Shown here: positions 31,047 through 40,575 of the stretch, piece after piece
Layout: every line of letters starts with the position of its first letter
Numbering within the stretch: the first letter of the stretch is position 1
Source of the DNA: Gammaproteobacteria bacterium
GTDB taxonomy: Bacteria > Pseudomonadota > Gammaproteobacteria > UBA4575
Direction: 5' to 3'
NCBI GenBank assembly: GCA_965243395.1
Contig: CBDEUS010000002.1
Location: forward strand, 64,001 to 128,000
DNA length: 64,000 bases
Notes under the pieces: generated by a model
Databases searched by the model: none
The model's input: the letters and a program-made list of their open reading frames with translations, nothing else
What the model was told of the DNA's origin: nothing
Translations under genes and position numbers: made by a program

Positions 31047-31342
31047 ATCTGTAGTGACTGATTAAATGATGGCAGGGGACATATGCGAGTAATATACATG
31101 CGCTATTAAATTGTTGCGTATGCGCGCATAGAAAATACCTGTTGGATAGTAATTATCCAATATTCTATTGTGTGTTTTTTAACTATTGTTTTCGTGTGTG
31201 TCTAATAGCTAACCATTATATAAATACCAAACTATCATCCTTGTTGATTTGCGAGTTACATATGCTCCGGCCGACATGATTGCCACAGATTCTAATATAG
31301 AAATTAATAACCATAGATTATCAATGATCATATATAAGTAAT

Positions 31343-32032
31343 CTACACCGAGAGATAACTGCTAATTTTTTCAGTATCTACTTCGTTTTTATTGCCTTCA
31401 TAAATAAATTGGCCACGATCGATCACGGTAATTCGATCTGCTACTTCAAGCGCAAAATGCAAAACCTGCTCTGAGACAATTATAGTAATCTTTCGTAGCC
31501 TGCTAATTTCATTCAAGATTTTTGCGATGTCTTTTATGATTGATGGCTGAATACCTTCTGTTGGCTCATCTAATAAAAGAACCTTGGGGTTTGACACCAG
31601 AGCACGCGCAATGGCTAATTGCTGCTGTTGCCCTCCTGATAGATTGCCGCCCTTACGATTACGCATGTCGTGTAAAACGGGAAACAATGCATAAATTTCA
31701 TCAGGTATTTTCTTTTGCTTAACTGTTTCCATTCCTGTTTGTATGTTCTCAGTAACCGTAAGCGTGGGAAAAATCATTCGTCCTTGAGGAACATAGGCAA
31801 TTCCAGAGTCGACTCTTTTATGCGGAGGGAACTTTGAAATATCCTGTCCATCAAGCTTTATTTGCCCAGTTGTTGTTGGCAAAATTCCAATTAGTGATTT
31901 GAATAAGGTTGTTTTACCCATGCCATTTCGACCCATAATGGCAAGTGTTTCACTATTTGAAGTAGACATGCTCATATCTTTAATCACATTGCTTTGCCCA
32001 TAGGCAACATCAAGATTACTTACTTCCAACAT
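31343..32032 (-). CDS. urtE: UrtE-like ABC ATPase (formamidase-linked amide/urea transporter)
   Basis: GRNGMGKTT, YVPQGR, LSGGQQQQLAIAR, DEPTEGIQPS. Confidence 0.88.
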   Translation of the reverse strand: MLEVSNLDVAYGQSNVIKDMSMSTSNSETLAIMGRNGMGKTTLFKSLIGILPTTTGQIKLDGQDISKFPPHKRVDSGIAYVPQGRMIFPTLTVTENIQTGMETVKQKKIPDEIYALFPVLHDMRNRKGGNLSGGQQQQLAIARALVSNPKVLLLDEPTEGIQPSIIKDIAKILNEISRLRKITIIVSEQVLHFALEVADRITVIDRGQFIYEGNKNEVDTEKISSYLSV

Positions 32033-32058
32033 TATTAGTATTCTCCAAAACTTTGATG

Positions 32059-32808
32059 TTAATGACCTAAATAAACTTCAATTACTTTTTCATTTTTCTG
32101 TATTTCTGCCATATTTCCCTCGGCTAACACACTGCCTTGATGCAGCACAGTTACCTTACTTGCAATTTTTTCAACAAAATCCATGTCATGTTCTATGACA
32201 ATTACACTACGGCCTTTACAAATACGTTTTAATAATTCACCAGTTTGCTCGCGTTCCTTTACACTCATTCCGGCAACAGGTTCGTCTAACATTAACAACT
32301 CCGGATCTTGAATTAATAGCATTCCAATCTCTAACCATTGCTTTTGTCCATGACTAAGCAGAGATGCTTCCATATCAAGATATTCATCAAGATATATTTC
32401 AACAGCTATTCGTCGAATTTCATGATCTACTTCAGGAGTAGTTTTGAAAAACAGCGCGGGCAGCACTTTATGTGCGGCTGGATAGGATACTTCTAAATTT
32501 TCGTATACGGTCAAGTTCTCATAAATACTCGGAGTCTGAAATTTTCTACCTACACCCAAAGCAACAATTTTGTGTTCGGCTAATCCCCGTAACTCTTTTT
32601 GATTAAACTTAATTGAACCTGTACTTGCTGCAGTTTTTCCACAAATTAGATCCAGTAATGTTGTTTTCCCGGCACCATTTGGCCCAATAACGACCCGCAA
32701 TTCATCGGTGTCTACATACATTGTGACATTATCTACAGCTTTAAAGCCGTCAAACGATACGGTTAGGTCCTCTATAGAAAGTAGATAATCAGTATTGTTC
32801 GATAACAT
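32059..32808 (-). CDS. urtD: UrtD-like ABC ATPase
   Basis: TVSFDGFKA, GPNGAGKTT, GRKFQTP, LSHGQKQWLEIGMLL, EVYLG. Confidence 0.88.
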   Translation of the reverse strand: MLSNNTDYLLSIEDLTVSFDGFKAVDNVTMYVDTDELRVVIGPNGAGKTTLLDLICGKTAASTGSIKFNQKELRGLAEHKIVALGVGRKFQTPSIYENLTVYENLEVSYPAAHKVLPALFFKTTPEVDHEIRRIAVEIYLDEYLDMEASLLSHGQKQWLEIGMLLIQDPELLMLDEPVAGMSVKEREQTGELLKRICKGRSVIVIEHDMDFVEKIASKVTVLHQGSVLAEGNMAEIQKNEKVIEVYLGH

Positions 32809-32965
32809 TTTTATAGACCTTTAATTCTTTATGCATTTCTAAATTAGGTGAATGAGTTTTGTTTTTATTTTCACTCATTGCTTCTTCATCAACTTCTTTC
32901 GATTTTTTAACAGCATCAATTGTTTCTAGTATGGATATTAAATAATCTGTATTACTTGTAGACAT
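32789..32965 (-). CDS. 58-aa ORF whose N-terminus duplicates the UrtD N-terminus
   Basis: Manual translation MSTSNTDYLISILETIDAVKKSKEVDEEAMSENKNKTHSPNLEMHKELKVYKNVIEQY*; starts 5 nt after the urtC stop. Confidence 0.35.
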   Translation of the reverse strand: MSTSNTDYLISILETIDAVKKSKEVDEEAMSENKNKTHSPNLEMHKELKVYKNVIEQY

Positions 32966-32970
32966 TTTAT

Positions 32971-34209
32971 TTAAATTTTTGCTGGTTCTGGATCAGGTGG
33001 TTGTACATCATTATCTTTTTTCATATTTTTATCTTCACTAACTTCTTTATTTAACTTCGGAACTTCTTGTTCTGTTTTATTTTCATCAACAGATGCTGAC
33101 TGATCGGGCTTTTGAAAAAAGCTTTTCAGCCTGTCTCCATATTTTTCTCTAAGTTGTGTGTATACACCTGCAAGTCCATTAGGAAATGCGACGACAACAC
33201 CAATAAATAAAGCACCCATTAAAAACAACCACAGCTCTGGGAAGCTTTCTGAGAATAATGTCTTGCCATAATTCACCAATAAGGTTCCATAGACGGCACC
33301 AAATAAGGACATTCGCCCTCCAACGGCTGCATAAATTACCATCTCGATTGAAGGAACGATCCCTACAAATGAAGGCGACATGAACCCAACTTGAAGTGTG
33401 AACATTGCACCACCGATAGCGGAAAACATTGCTGCCACACAAAATATAAAAATTTTAAAATTGGAGACATCATATCCAGAAAAACGAACACGATCTTCTT
33501 TATCTTTTAAGGCTAAAAGTAATTTTCCAACGCGACCCGTTAAAATAAATCGTCCTATCAAAATACATATGACTAATAAAACGATGTTGACGTAATAAAG
33601 GATATATTTTGCAGAATCGGACGTGATATCCCAGCCTAATAGTGTACGTAAATCTGTAATTCCATTAACACCGCCAGTTAATCCTTGTTGCCCAATAATT
33701 AAGATTGTCAATATTGCAGCAATGGCTTGCGTGATAATGGCAAAATAAACACCGCCCACACGCCTTTTAAACATTGCAACACCGATGATGAATGCAAAGA
33801 TGGTTGGCACAACTAAAATTGCAATGAGTGCAAATGGAAAACTTTGAAACGGCACCCAAAACCAGGGTAATTCAGTTAATTGATTCCAGTCCATGAAATC
33901 AGGTATACCAGGTGTAGATTGAATAGCGGTTGTTTCTGGGTCTGAAGCTTCAAGCTTGAGAAACATCGCCATGCAATAGCCCCCCAATCCAAAAAACACA
34001 CCTTGACCAAGACTTAGAATTCCACCATACCCCCAACAAAGCACTAGACCAATTGCAACAAACGCATAGGTTAAGTATTTACCTACTAAGTTCAGTCTAA
34101 AGATGTCAAGAAATAAAGGTAAAACTAATGCAATAAAAGCAACTAAAACTAAAAGACCAATAAAATCTTTTTTAGCCCCAAATACTCTTTGTGAAATCGA
34201 CAATGCCAT
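32971..34209 (-). CDS. urtC: UrtC-like ABC permease
   Basis: WGYGGILSLGQGVFFGLGGY, PDFMDWN, GVYFAIITQA. Confidence 0.88.
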   Translation of the reverse strand: MALSISQRVFGAKKDFIGLLVLVAFIALVLPLFLDIFRLNLVGKYLTYAFVAIGLVLCWGYGGILSLGQGVFFGLGGYCMAMFLKLEASDPETTAIQSTPGIPDFMDWNQLTELPWFWVPFQSFPFALIAILVVPTIFAFIIGVAMFKRRVGGVYFAIITQAIAAILTILIIGQQGLTGGVNGITDLRTLLGWDITSDSAKYILYYVNIVLLVICILIGRFILTGRVGKLLLALKDKEDRVRFSGYDVSNFKIFIFCVAAMFSAIGGAMFTLQVGFMSPSFVGIVPSIEMVIYAAVGGRMSLFGAVYGTLLVNYGKTLFSESFPELWLFLMGALFIGVVVAFPNGLAGVYTQLREKYGDRLKSFFQKPDQSASVDENKTEQEVPKLNKEVSEDKNMKKDNDVQPPDPEPAKI

Positions 34210-34221
34210 ATTTTTATTCCT

Positions 34222-35148
34222 TTATTTTCTGATCTTGATGGTGAATAGACCTTCTGGTTTTAACATCAGAATTCCAATTACAGTTAACAAGGTAATGACT
34301 TTCGCCATGGAGCCAGATAGGAAAAATTCTAAAATCGATTGTGCTTGTGCAATTGAGAATGCCGATGCAATAGTGCCCAACAAACTTGCTGCGCCTCCAA
34401 AGACCACTACTAAGAATGTGTCCACAATATAAAGTGAACCACTTGTTGGACCTGTAGAAGCAATAGTTGTAAATACCGCGCCTGCGACACCTGCGATTCC
34501 ACACCCTAATGCGAAGGTGTAACGATCCACTTTACTTGTATTAATTCCGGCCGCACCACTCATAACACGATTTTGTGTAGTTGCTCTTACCTTTAATCCC
34601 CAACGAGAACGATAGAGCAAATAAAAAACTACACCGGTAAGTACGGTAGTAATACTGACCACTAACAAACCATTGATAGGAATTTCGATCGTGTCAGTAA
34701 GTTGCACTGAACCTAAAAGCCAGTCCGGTAATGTTGGGCTGACTTCTCTAGCACCAAAAGAAGAACGAAATATTTGTTGCATAATTAGGCTAAGCCCCCA
34801 GGTAGCAAGCAATGTATCCAGAGGGCGCTTATATAAAAACCGAATTAACGAAAACTCGACTAAATACCCAACGATGAAAGCAATACTAAAAGCAACAAAA
34901 ATTGCTAGTAAGAAGTAATAGTCCATGAAACCGGGAAAACTTTTTTGCGTGATAGATGAAATAAAAAAAGTCGTATAAGCCCCAATAGTTAGAAATTCTC
35001 CATGAGCCATATTAATTACGCCCATTTGCCCAAAAATAATCGCGAGACCCAACGCCATCAATAGAAATACACAAAATAAGCTCAATCCGGAGAACCCTTG
35101 CATCGCAAAAATCGAACCTATTTCTGAAGCGGTATAACCCTCAAACAT
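34222..35148 (-). CDS. urtB: UrtB-like ABC permease (short form)
   Basis: GLAIIFGQMGVINMAHGEF, RPLDTLLATWG. Confidence 0.88.
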   Translation of the reverse strand: MFEGYTASEIGSIFAMQGFSGLSLFCVFLLMALGLAIIFGQMGVINMAHGEFLTIGAYTTFFISSITQKSFPGFMDYYFLLAIFVAFSIAFIVGYLVEFSLIRFLYKRPLDTLLATWGLSLIMQQIFRSSFGAREVSPTLPDWLLGSVQLTDTIEIPINGLLVVSITTVLTGVVFYLLYRSRWGLKVRATTQNRVMSGAAGINTSKVDRYTFALGCGIAGVAGAVFTTIASTGPTSGSLYIVDTFLVVVFGGAASLLGTIASAFSIAQAQSILEFFLSGSMAKVITLLTVIGILMLKPEGLFTIKIRK

Positions 35149-35209
35149 TTGAAATCCTTATTACTCTATTTCTAAATTTTTTTATGTTTCTAAATGAGTT
35201 TCTTAAAAT

Positions 35210-35256
35210 GAGAGGAGACTTAAATGAATCAGGAGTGAGTTAAAAAAGCTCCTCTC
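35210..35256. other. inverted repeat after the SBP gene (probable mRNA-stabilising hairpin)
   Basis: gagaggag ... ctcctctc between urtA-like and urtB-like genes. Confidence 0.4.
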
Positions 35257-35277
35257 GAGCGGGGGCAAACTAAATCA

Positions 35278-36516
35278 TTATTGATAACCTTCCGGGAAAG
35301 GATTGGGTTCAATCAAATCAGATTCCCAAATCACATCAAATTGGCCATCTTTCCTGGCCCTTCCAATTCTGGTTTTACTCCATAAATGGTGATTAGAATC
35401 ATGAATGCGAACATACCCTTCAGGTGCACCATCAAATTCAATCCCGTTTGATGATTCAGCAATCTTATCTATATCAAAGCTTCCTGCTTTTTCTACTGCA
35501 AGCTTCCATAACCATGGTCCGAGATAAGCTGCCTGAGTTACGTCTCCAATTACACTGTCTTCACCCCACATTTCCTTAAAGGCTTTCACGAATGCAACGT
35601 TGTTAGGGTTATCTAAAGATTGGAAGTATTTCATCGCAGCGTAGAATCCCTCTACATTTTCACCACCAATACCTAACATTTCGTCTTCCGTTACCGAGAT
35701 AGTGAGCAGTGTCCATTTATCAGATGTTATGCCAGCTGCTTTTAACTGCTTGTACCAAGAAACATTACTTCCACCAACGACAATGCTGTAGATTACATCT
35801 GGCTTCTTTAATTTAATTTTGTTAATTAGAGAGCCAAAATTTGTATGGCCAAGAGGGTAATATTCCTCACCTACTACTTTGCCACCTAAAACATTTTCAA
35901 TATGCTTACGTGCAATTTTGTTTGATGTTCTGGGCCAAATATAATCAGAACCAATCAGATAAAATGTTTTTGCATCCTTTTCTTCAGCAACCCAATCTAG
36001 GCCTGCAATAATTTGCTGAGTGGCTTCTTGGCCTGTGTAAATTACATTTTTTGATTGCTCAAGGCCTTCGTAAAAGGTTGGGTAATAAAGCATGCCATTC
36101 TCTTTTTCGAAAACGGGCAAAACAGCTTTTCTGGATGCGGAAGTCCAACAACCAAATACAGCTGCTACTTTATCGTTAACCAATAATTTTCGTGCTTTTT
36201 CAGCAAAGGTAGGCCAGTCACTCGCACCATCTTCTTGAATAACTTTAATTTGTCTGCCGAGTATTCCACCTGCCTCATTAATTTGCTTGATAGCAAGTTT
36301 TTCAGCTTCAACCGAGCCAGATTCACTAATCGCCATGGTTCCAGTTACGGAATGTAATATACCCACAGTAACTTCTGTATCTGTTACCGCTAATCCTGTG
36401 GTATTCACTTCAGCAGTAGGGAATTCCATAGAATAAACACTACTAACAGAAACTGAATATAGAATTAGTACCGAAAAATACAGTAGGTATTTTCTCATCA
36501 TTTTTTTAATTAACAT
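35278..36516 (-). CDS. urtA: UrtA/FmdD-like amide-urea substrate-binding protein
   Basis: VGILHSVTGTMAISE, EDGASDWPTFAEKA, FGCWTSASRK, YPTFYEGLE. Confidence 0.88.
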   Translation of the reverse strand: MLIKKMMRKYLLYFSVLILYSVSVSSVYSMEFPTAEVNTTGLAVTDTEVTVGILHSVTGTMAISESGSVEAEKLAIKQINEAGGILGRQIKVIQEDGASDWPTFAEKARKLLVNDKVAAVFGCWTSASRKAVLPVFEKENGMLYYPTFYEGLEQSKNVIYTGQEATQQIIAGLDWVAEEKDAKTFYLIGSDYIWPRTSNKIARKHIENVLGGKVVGEEYYPLGHTNFGSLINKIKLKKPDVIYSIVVGGSNVSWYKQLKAAGITSDKWTLLTISVTEDEMLGIGGENVEGFYAAMKYFQSLDNPNNVAFVKAFKEMWGEDSVIGDVTQAAYLGPWLWKLAVEKAGSFDIDKIAESSNGIEFDGAPEGYVRIHDSNHHLWSKTRIGRARKDGQFDVIWESDLIEPNPFPEGYQ

Positions 36517-36558
36517 TGTTAGCCTCTATTTATAAAAGAAAATAATCAAAACTAACAA

Positions 36559-36574
36559 TGCAATTACAGTGCCA
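36559..36574 (-). promoter_or_regulatory. sigma54 (-24/-12) promoter
   Basis: Minus strand TGGCAC-TGTAA-TTGCA, exact consensus, 42 nt upstream of the start. Confidence 0.85.
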
Positions 36575-36750
36575 ATTTTTTTAGATAATGTTTTTCACAA
36601 ATTTTCAAAATAAATAAAAATAATAAAAATTTTATGCACTAAAAGATTACGGTGCGCACAAAAAAATGATTTTGTGAGAAAAACTAATTAATAATGAATA
36701 GACACTCACGCAATTCACGCAAATATCTTTTTAATACTATTAAATTAAAT

Positions 36751-37023
36751 TTAGAGATTAATCTGAGGAAGTGAACTTTTATTTGTGGAAACAATTTTCT
36801 TTATTGTTCCACAATGCCAAGAAGATTTACGTGGACTTTCTAATTTCTGTTCTTCTAATGTGTATTTTATTTTTTCAAGACTATAGCCACTTCTTCGCAT
36901 AACAAGAATTTTCATTATTGTTTTACGAGCAGAGCTGTCTACCATATGATAACCCGCTTTAGAAATTCTCCATCCATAACGAATTCGATTCGGATTTTGA
37001 TGCGTCTGTTTATATTTACGCAT
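36751..37023 (-). CDS. stand-alone recombinase-type DNA-binding domain protein (90 aa)
   Basis: RYGW ... TIMKILVMRRSGYSLEKIKYTLEEQKLESPRKSSWHCGTIKKIV resembles the large serine recombinase 'recombinase' domain. Confidence 0.6.
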   Translation of the reverse strand: MRKYKQTHQNPNRIRYGWRISKAGYHMVDSSARKTIMKILVMRRSGYSLEKIKYTLEEQKLESPRKSSWHCGTIKKIVSTNKSSLPQINL

Positions 37024-37040
37024 AGTGGATTTTAAACCGG

Positions 37041-37358
37041 TTAATGGCCTAACATCCAGGGACGAGAGTTTTTCCTAGCCGTTTTATATTTAGTTTGCGC
37101 TTCAGCTGATGCATGATGACTGTGTGAACATGTATGCGAATGTGAATGTGAAACATGTTTAGGTTCATGCATGCTCTTCTCATTACGTTGCCATGCCTTC
37201 CGGTTGGTATCCGTCATGATGCTTAAATTAGGCGCAGTAATACATCTATTGGCGAGTCCATTGCATTGCGGACAATTCGTTCGTTCATTCCTTTTTGTAA
37301 TTGGCTTTAATTCAACAAACTCGCCGTGAGTATCACAGGTATATGTATAGATTGGCAT
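37041..37358 (-). CDS. fmdB: FmdB-family zinc-ribbon protein
   Basis: MPIYTYTCxxHG...CPQC, C-terminal RPWMLGH; directly follows fmdA. Confidence 0.85.
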   Translation of the reverse strand: MPIYTYTCDTHGEFVELKPITKRNERTNCPQCNGLANRCITAPNLSIMTDTNRKAWQRNEKSMHEPKHVSHSHSHTCSHSHHASAEAQTKYKTARKNSRPWMLGH

Positions 37359-37367
37359 TTCTCATCC

Positions 37368-38594
37368 TTAAGAACAAACGGCCAAATCTTCACTACCCGT
37401 TACAAATTTTGTAGGGCCATCAGCGTTGATACTAATATCAAAATCAAAGATTCCTGTTGGTAACCACAAAGTGGAACAAGCGTTAGGAATATCTACAATT
37501 CCACTAATGTGCCCCTCAACAGGCGCTGTGCCTAAAATTGCATAACCCTGCGCACCTGTGAAGCCAAAGTTCTTCATGTATTCAATCGCGTTTAGACAAG
37601 CTCTTCGGTATGCAACATGAGGATCTAAGTAATACTGCTTACCATCTTCATCAACTGAAATTCCTTCAAAAATTAAATAATCAGAATAATCAGGATCAAT
37701 TTTGCTCGGCTTAAAAATCGGGTTAATTACAGAATACTTCTCCATTCCACCTTTGATGACATTTACACGGATATCAAGATAACCTGCCATTTCAATTGCA
37801 CCGCAAAATGTAATTTCACCATCACCTTGTGAGAAATGAATATCACCCATCGACAGACCCGCACCATCAACATAAACAGGAAAGTAAACTGTGGAGCCAC
37901 GCGATAAGTTTTTAATATCACAGTTACCTCCGTGCTCTCTAGGTGGAACTGTACGTGCAGCTTCCGCAGCCGCTTTATCACGTGCAGCACCTTCAAGTGT
38001 TCCCATTACTGCTGTATCGGCATAGGGCAAAGCGGCCAGAGGAGGAACACGATCAGGATCGGTATTCACTAATTCGGTTTCACGCGCGTTCCATTCGCTT
38101 AGTAATTCAGCAGACGGTAAACATCCTATTAGTCCTGGATGCATTGTTCCCGGGAATTTAACTTGGGGAATATGTCGACTCGATGCCCACACACCACTGA
38201 AGTCCCAACATGCTTTTCTTGCTTCAGGAAAATGTTCAGTTAAAAAACCACCACCATTTTCACGCGCAAAAAATCCAGTAAAACCCCACGCAGATTCTGG
38301 TAACACACCGACATCTAAAATATCTACAACTAATAGATCTCCAGCTTTTGCACCTTCCACTTTAATAGGGCCACTCAGATAGTGAACCTTCGTTAAGTCA
38401 ACATCGCGAACATCATTTGCACTGTTATCATTTTCAATTTGTCCACCCGTCCAGTCGATACATTCCACTCTAAATTCGTCCCCCGGTTTTACTACACGAG
38501 AAAATGGAATATCCGGATGCCAACGATTGTGCAAAACGTCAGATTGCTCTTCAGGAGTTTTATTAAAATCTACTTCTATGAGGGTTTCGATCAT
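37368..38594 (-). CDS. fmdA: formamidase (FmdA/AmdA family)
   Basis: HNRWHPDIP, DWTGGQI, HYLSGP, PPREHGGNCDIK, GDIHFSQGDGEI, VDIPNAC. Confidence 0.93.
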   Translation of the reverse strand: MIETLIEVDFNKTPEEQSDVLHNRWHPDIPFSRVVKPGDEFRVECIDWTGGQIENDNSANDVRDVDLTKVHYLSGPIKVEGAKAGDLLVVDILDVGVLPESAWGFTGFFARENGGGFLTEHFPEARKACWDFSGVWASSRHIPQVKFPGTMHPGLIGCLPSAELLSEWNARETELVNTDPDRVPPLAALPYADTAVMGTLEGAARDKAAAEAARTVPPREHGGNCDIKNLSRGSTVYFPVYVDGAGLSMGDIHFSQGDGEITFCGAIEMAGYLDIRVNVIKGGMEKYSVINPIFKPSKIDPDYSDYLIFEGISVDEDGKQYYLDPHVAYRRACLNAIEYMKNFGFTGAQGYAILGTAPVEGHISGIVDIPNACSTLWLPTGIFDFDISINADGPTKFVTGSEDLAVCS

Positions 38595-38678
38595 GCGAGG
38601 AATCTCCTTGTGTAATTATTCTTATCACTGTTCTGCTGCTGTTACTAACAAGAACAATGAGTAGTTTTAATTACTAGG

Positions 38679-38694
38679 AGCACGATTCGTGCCA
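38679..38694 (-). promoter_or_regulatory. sigma54 (-24/-12) promoter of fmdA
   Basis: Minus strand TGGCAC-GAATC-GTGCT; TGCACTAAAA NtrC-like half-sites at 38702 and 38766. Confidence 0.75.
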
Positions 38695-38825
38695 AGATTT
38701 ATGCACTAAAAAAACGTGCAATATAAGAGAAAAATCACGAATAATTTAGTTTTAAACCAGTTTTATGCACTAAAAAATATTTCACGCACCGAAATTTAAC
38801 AGGTAACTTAACAATGCTATTGAAT

Positions 38826-39434
38826 TTAATTTAACATCCCATGTGATTTTATAAACTGTATTACTTCATCCAATCCGTCTTGTGATTTGAGATTGGTAAA
38901 CACAAATGGCCTCTCTCCACGCATCTTTTTTGCATCACGATCCATCACTTCTAATGAAGCACCCACCATGGGTGCTAAATCAGTTTTATTAATCACAAGT
39001 AAATCAGATTTCGTTATTCCCGGTCCGCCTTTTCGAGGGATCTTATCTCCAGCAGCTACATCTATGACATAAATCGTTAGATCAGAGAGCTCGGGGCTAA
39101 ATGTCGCGCTTAAGTTGTCACCACCACTCTCTACTAATACAAAATCCAATTTAGGGAACTCATTACATAATTCCTCAACGGCTGCTAAGTTAATAGAAGC
39201 ATCTTCTCTAATCGCAGTATGAGGACAGCCACCTGTTTCTACACCTTTGATTCGTTCTTTAGACAAGGCTTCGTGTTTAATTAAAAATTCGGCATCTTCA
39301 CGTGTATAAATATCATTCGTAACTACGCCAATTTCATAATCTTCACGCATTGCCATACACAGTGCATTGAGTAATGCGGTTTTCCCAGAACCAACAGGAC
39401 CGCCCACCCCAACTCTAAGAACTTGTTTCGACAT
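38826..39434 (-). CDS. ureG: urease accessory GTPase UreG
   Basis: [27 protein letters not shown]. Confidence 0.97.
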   Translation of the reverse strand: MSKQVLRVGVGGPVGSGKTALLNALCMAMREDYEIGVVTNDIYTREDAEFLIKHEALSKERIKGVETGGCPHTAIREDASINLAAVEELCNEFPKLDFVLVESGGDNLSATFSPELSDLTIYVIDVAAGDKIPRKGGPGITKSDLLVINKTDLAPMVGASLEVMDRDAKKMRGERPFVFTNLKSQDGLDEVIQFIKSHGMLN

Positions 39435-39448
39435 AACTACCTCTAATC

Positions 39449-40135
39449 TTACGATCTAAATAATCGACTATATTGTGTTTCATGGTTTGCACTGGCAATT
39501 CCTAATCCTACTGCCGTACTTCCTATATCTTCATCTTCAAGTGCATCTGCTATTTCAATTGCTTTTGGAATCTCACTTATTAGAGAAGACAGCATTCTTT
39601 GCCCTGATGTTTGACCCAGTGGAATTAATTTGATGGCTGCATTGACCTGATTTTCACACCAAGCCCAACAAAAACCGGTGCAGCAATCGAATTTAGAAAC
39701 ATTCCATTCTACTGATGCCAGAGAAAACGCAGTTGCATAGGTTGTATGCGGCTTATCAAGTATTTCACTTGCTTGCTGAATATTTAAATCAATGAGTAGT
39801 TTGGATAATGCTTTACCCAAGTATTGATCTTCATCGCGTAGTTCCTGTGATTCTCTGCATGCAAGTAAAAATTTACCCCAGCTAATTACATTGCCCATTG
39901 AATGATTCTGCCAGGCATCATACAAGCGCAATAACACAGGTAAATCTAAATAGGCTAAGGAATTTCGCATTAAGCCTGAAATCCAATCTAATGCGGTATC
40001 CTCATCTTTAATCCACTCCTGATCACAGGCAAATTCTAATCCTTGCGAATAGGCAAATGCACCAATGGGTAGTGATGGGCTCGTAAGCCTCATTAAATTT
40101 AATAACGCAGTATTATTTGAAATTGTATCCAGCAT
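39449..40135 (-). CDS. ureF: urease accessory protein UreF
   Basis: [27 protein letters not shown]. Confidence 0.96.
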   Translation of the reverse strand: MLDTISNNTALLNLMRLTSPSLPIGAFAYSQGLEFACDQEWIKDEDTALDWISGLMRNSLAYLDLPVLLRLYDAWQNHSMGNVISWGKFLLACRESQELRDEDQYLGKALSKLLIDLNIQQASEILDKPHTTYATAFSLASVEWNVSKFDCCTGFCWAWCENQVNAAIKLIPLGQTSGQRMLSSLISEIPKAIEIADALEDEDIGSTAVGLGIASANHETQYSRLFRS

Positions 40136-40137
40136 AA

Positions 40138-40575
40138 TTAATGTGAATGCTTATGGTTGTGATACGCTCCAGACTCAGGTTCAAAAGGTTTCATTTCATG
40201 TGCCACAGTCAAACCCAGACTTATTATCATTTCATCCAGCACGTGGTCTTTTTGATAGACCAATAATGATTCTTCAACTTGCAATGCCACATGACGATTT
40301 CCTAAATGATATGCGGCTTTCATCAACAGCAATTTATCATCCGAACTTACAACCGAAACTTCTTCAGGCGCTGCAATAATTTTCGCAATCTCTCCATCAT
40401 CACTCTTTAAGCAATCGCCACCACGTAAAATTTCACCTCTTGATAACATTAACCCGACTTCTTCACCACTATCTGATTTTGTTTTCAAGCGTGCTTTTTG
40501 TCTTAGCTCATACGCTAGGGTTAATGTATGACTGTGTTCATGTGTGTGACTGACACGTTCAGTAAATATACGCAT
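40138..40575 (-). CDS. ureE: urease accessory Ni-chaperone UreE
   Basis: AYHLGNRH, DHVL, FEPESGAY plus His tail. Confidence 0.95.
   Translation of the reverse strand: MRIFTERVSHTHEHSHTLTLAYELRQKARLKTKSDSGEEVGLMLSRGEILRGGDCLKSDDGEIAKIIAAPEEVSVVSSDDKLLLMKAAYHLGNRHVALQVEESLLVYQKDHVLDEMIISLGLTVAHEMKPFEPESGAYHNHKHSH

Noticed and set aside
37110-37170. His-rich tract in FmdB
   Set aside because: His-rich linkers are common in FmdB-family proteins
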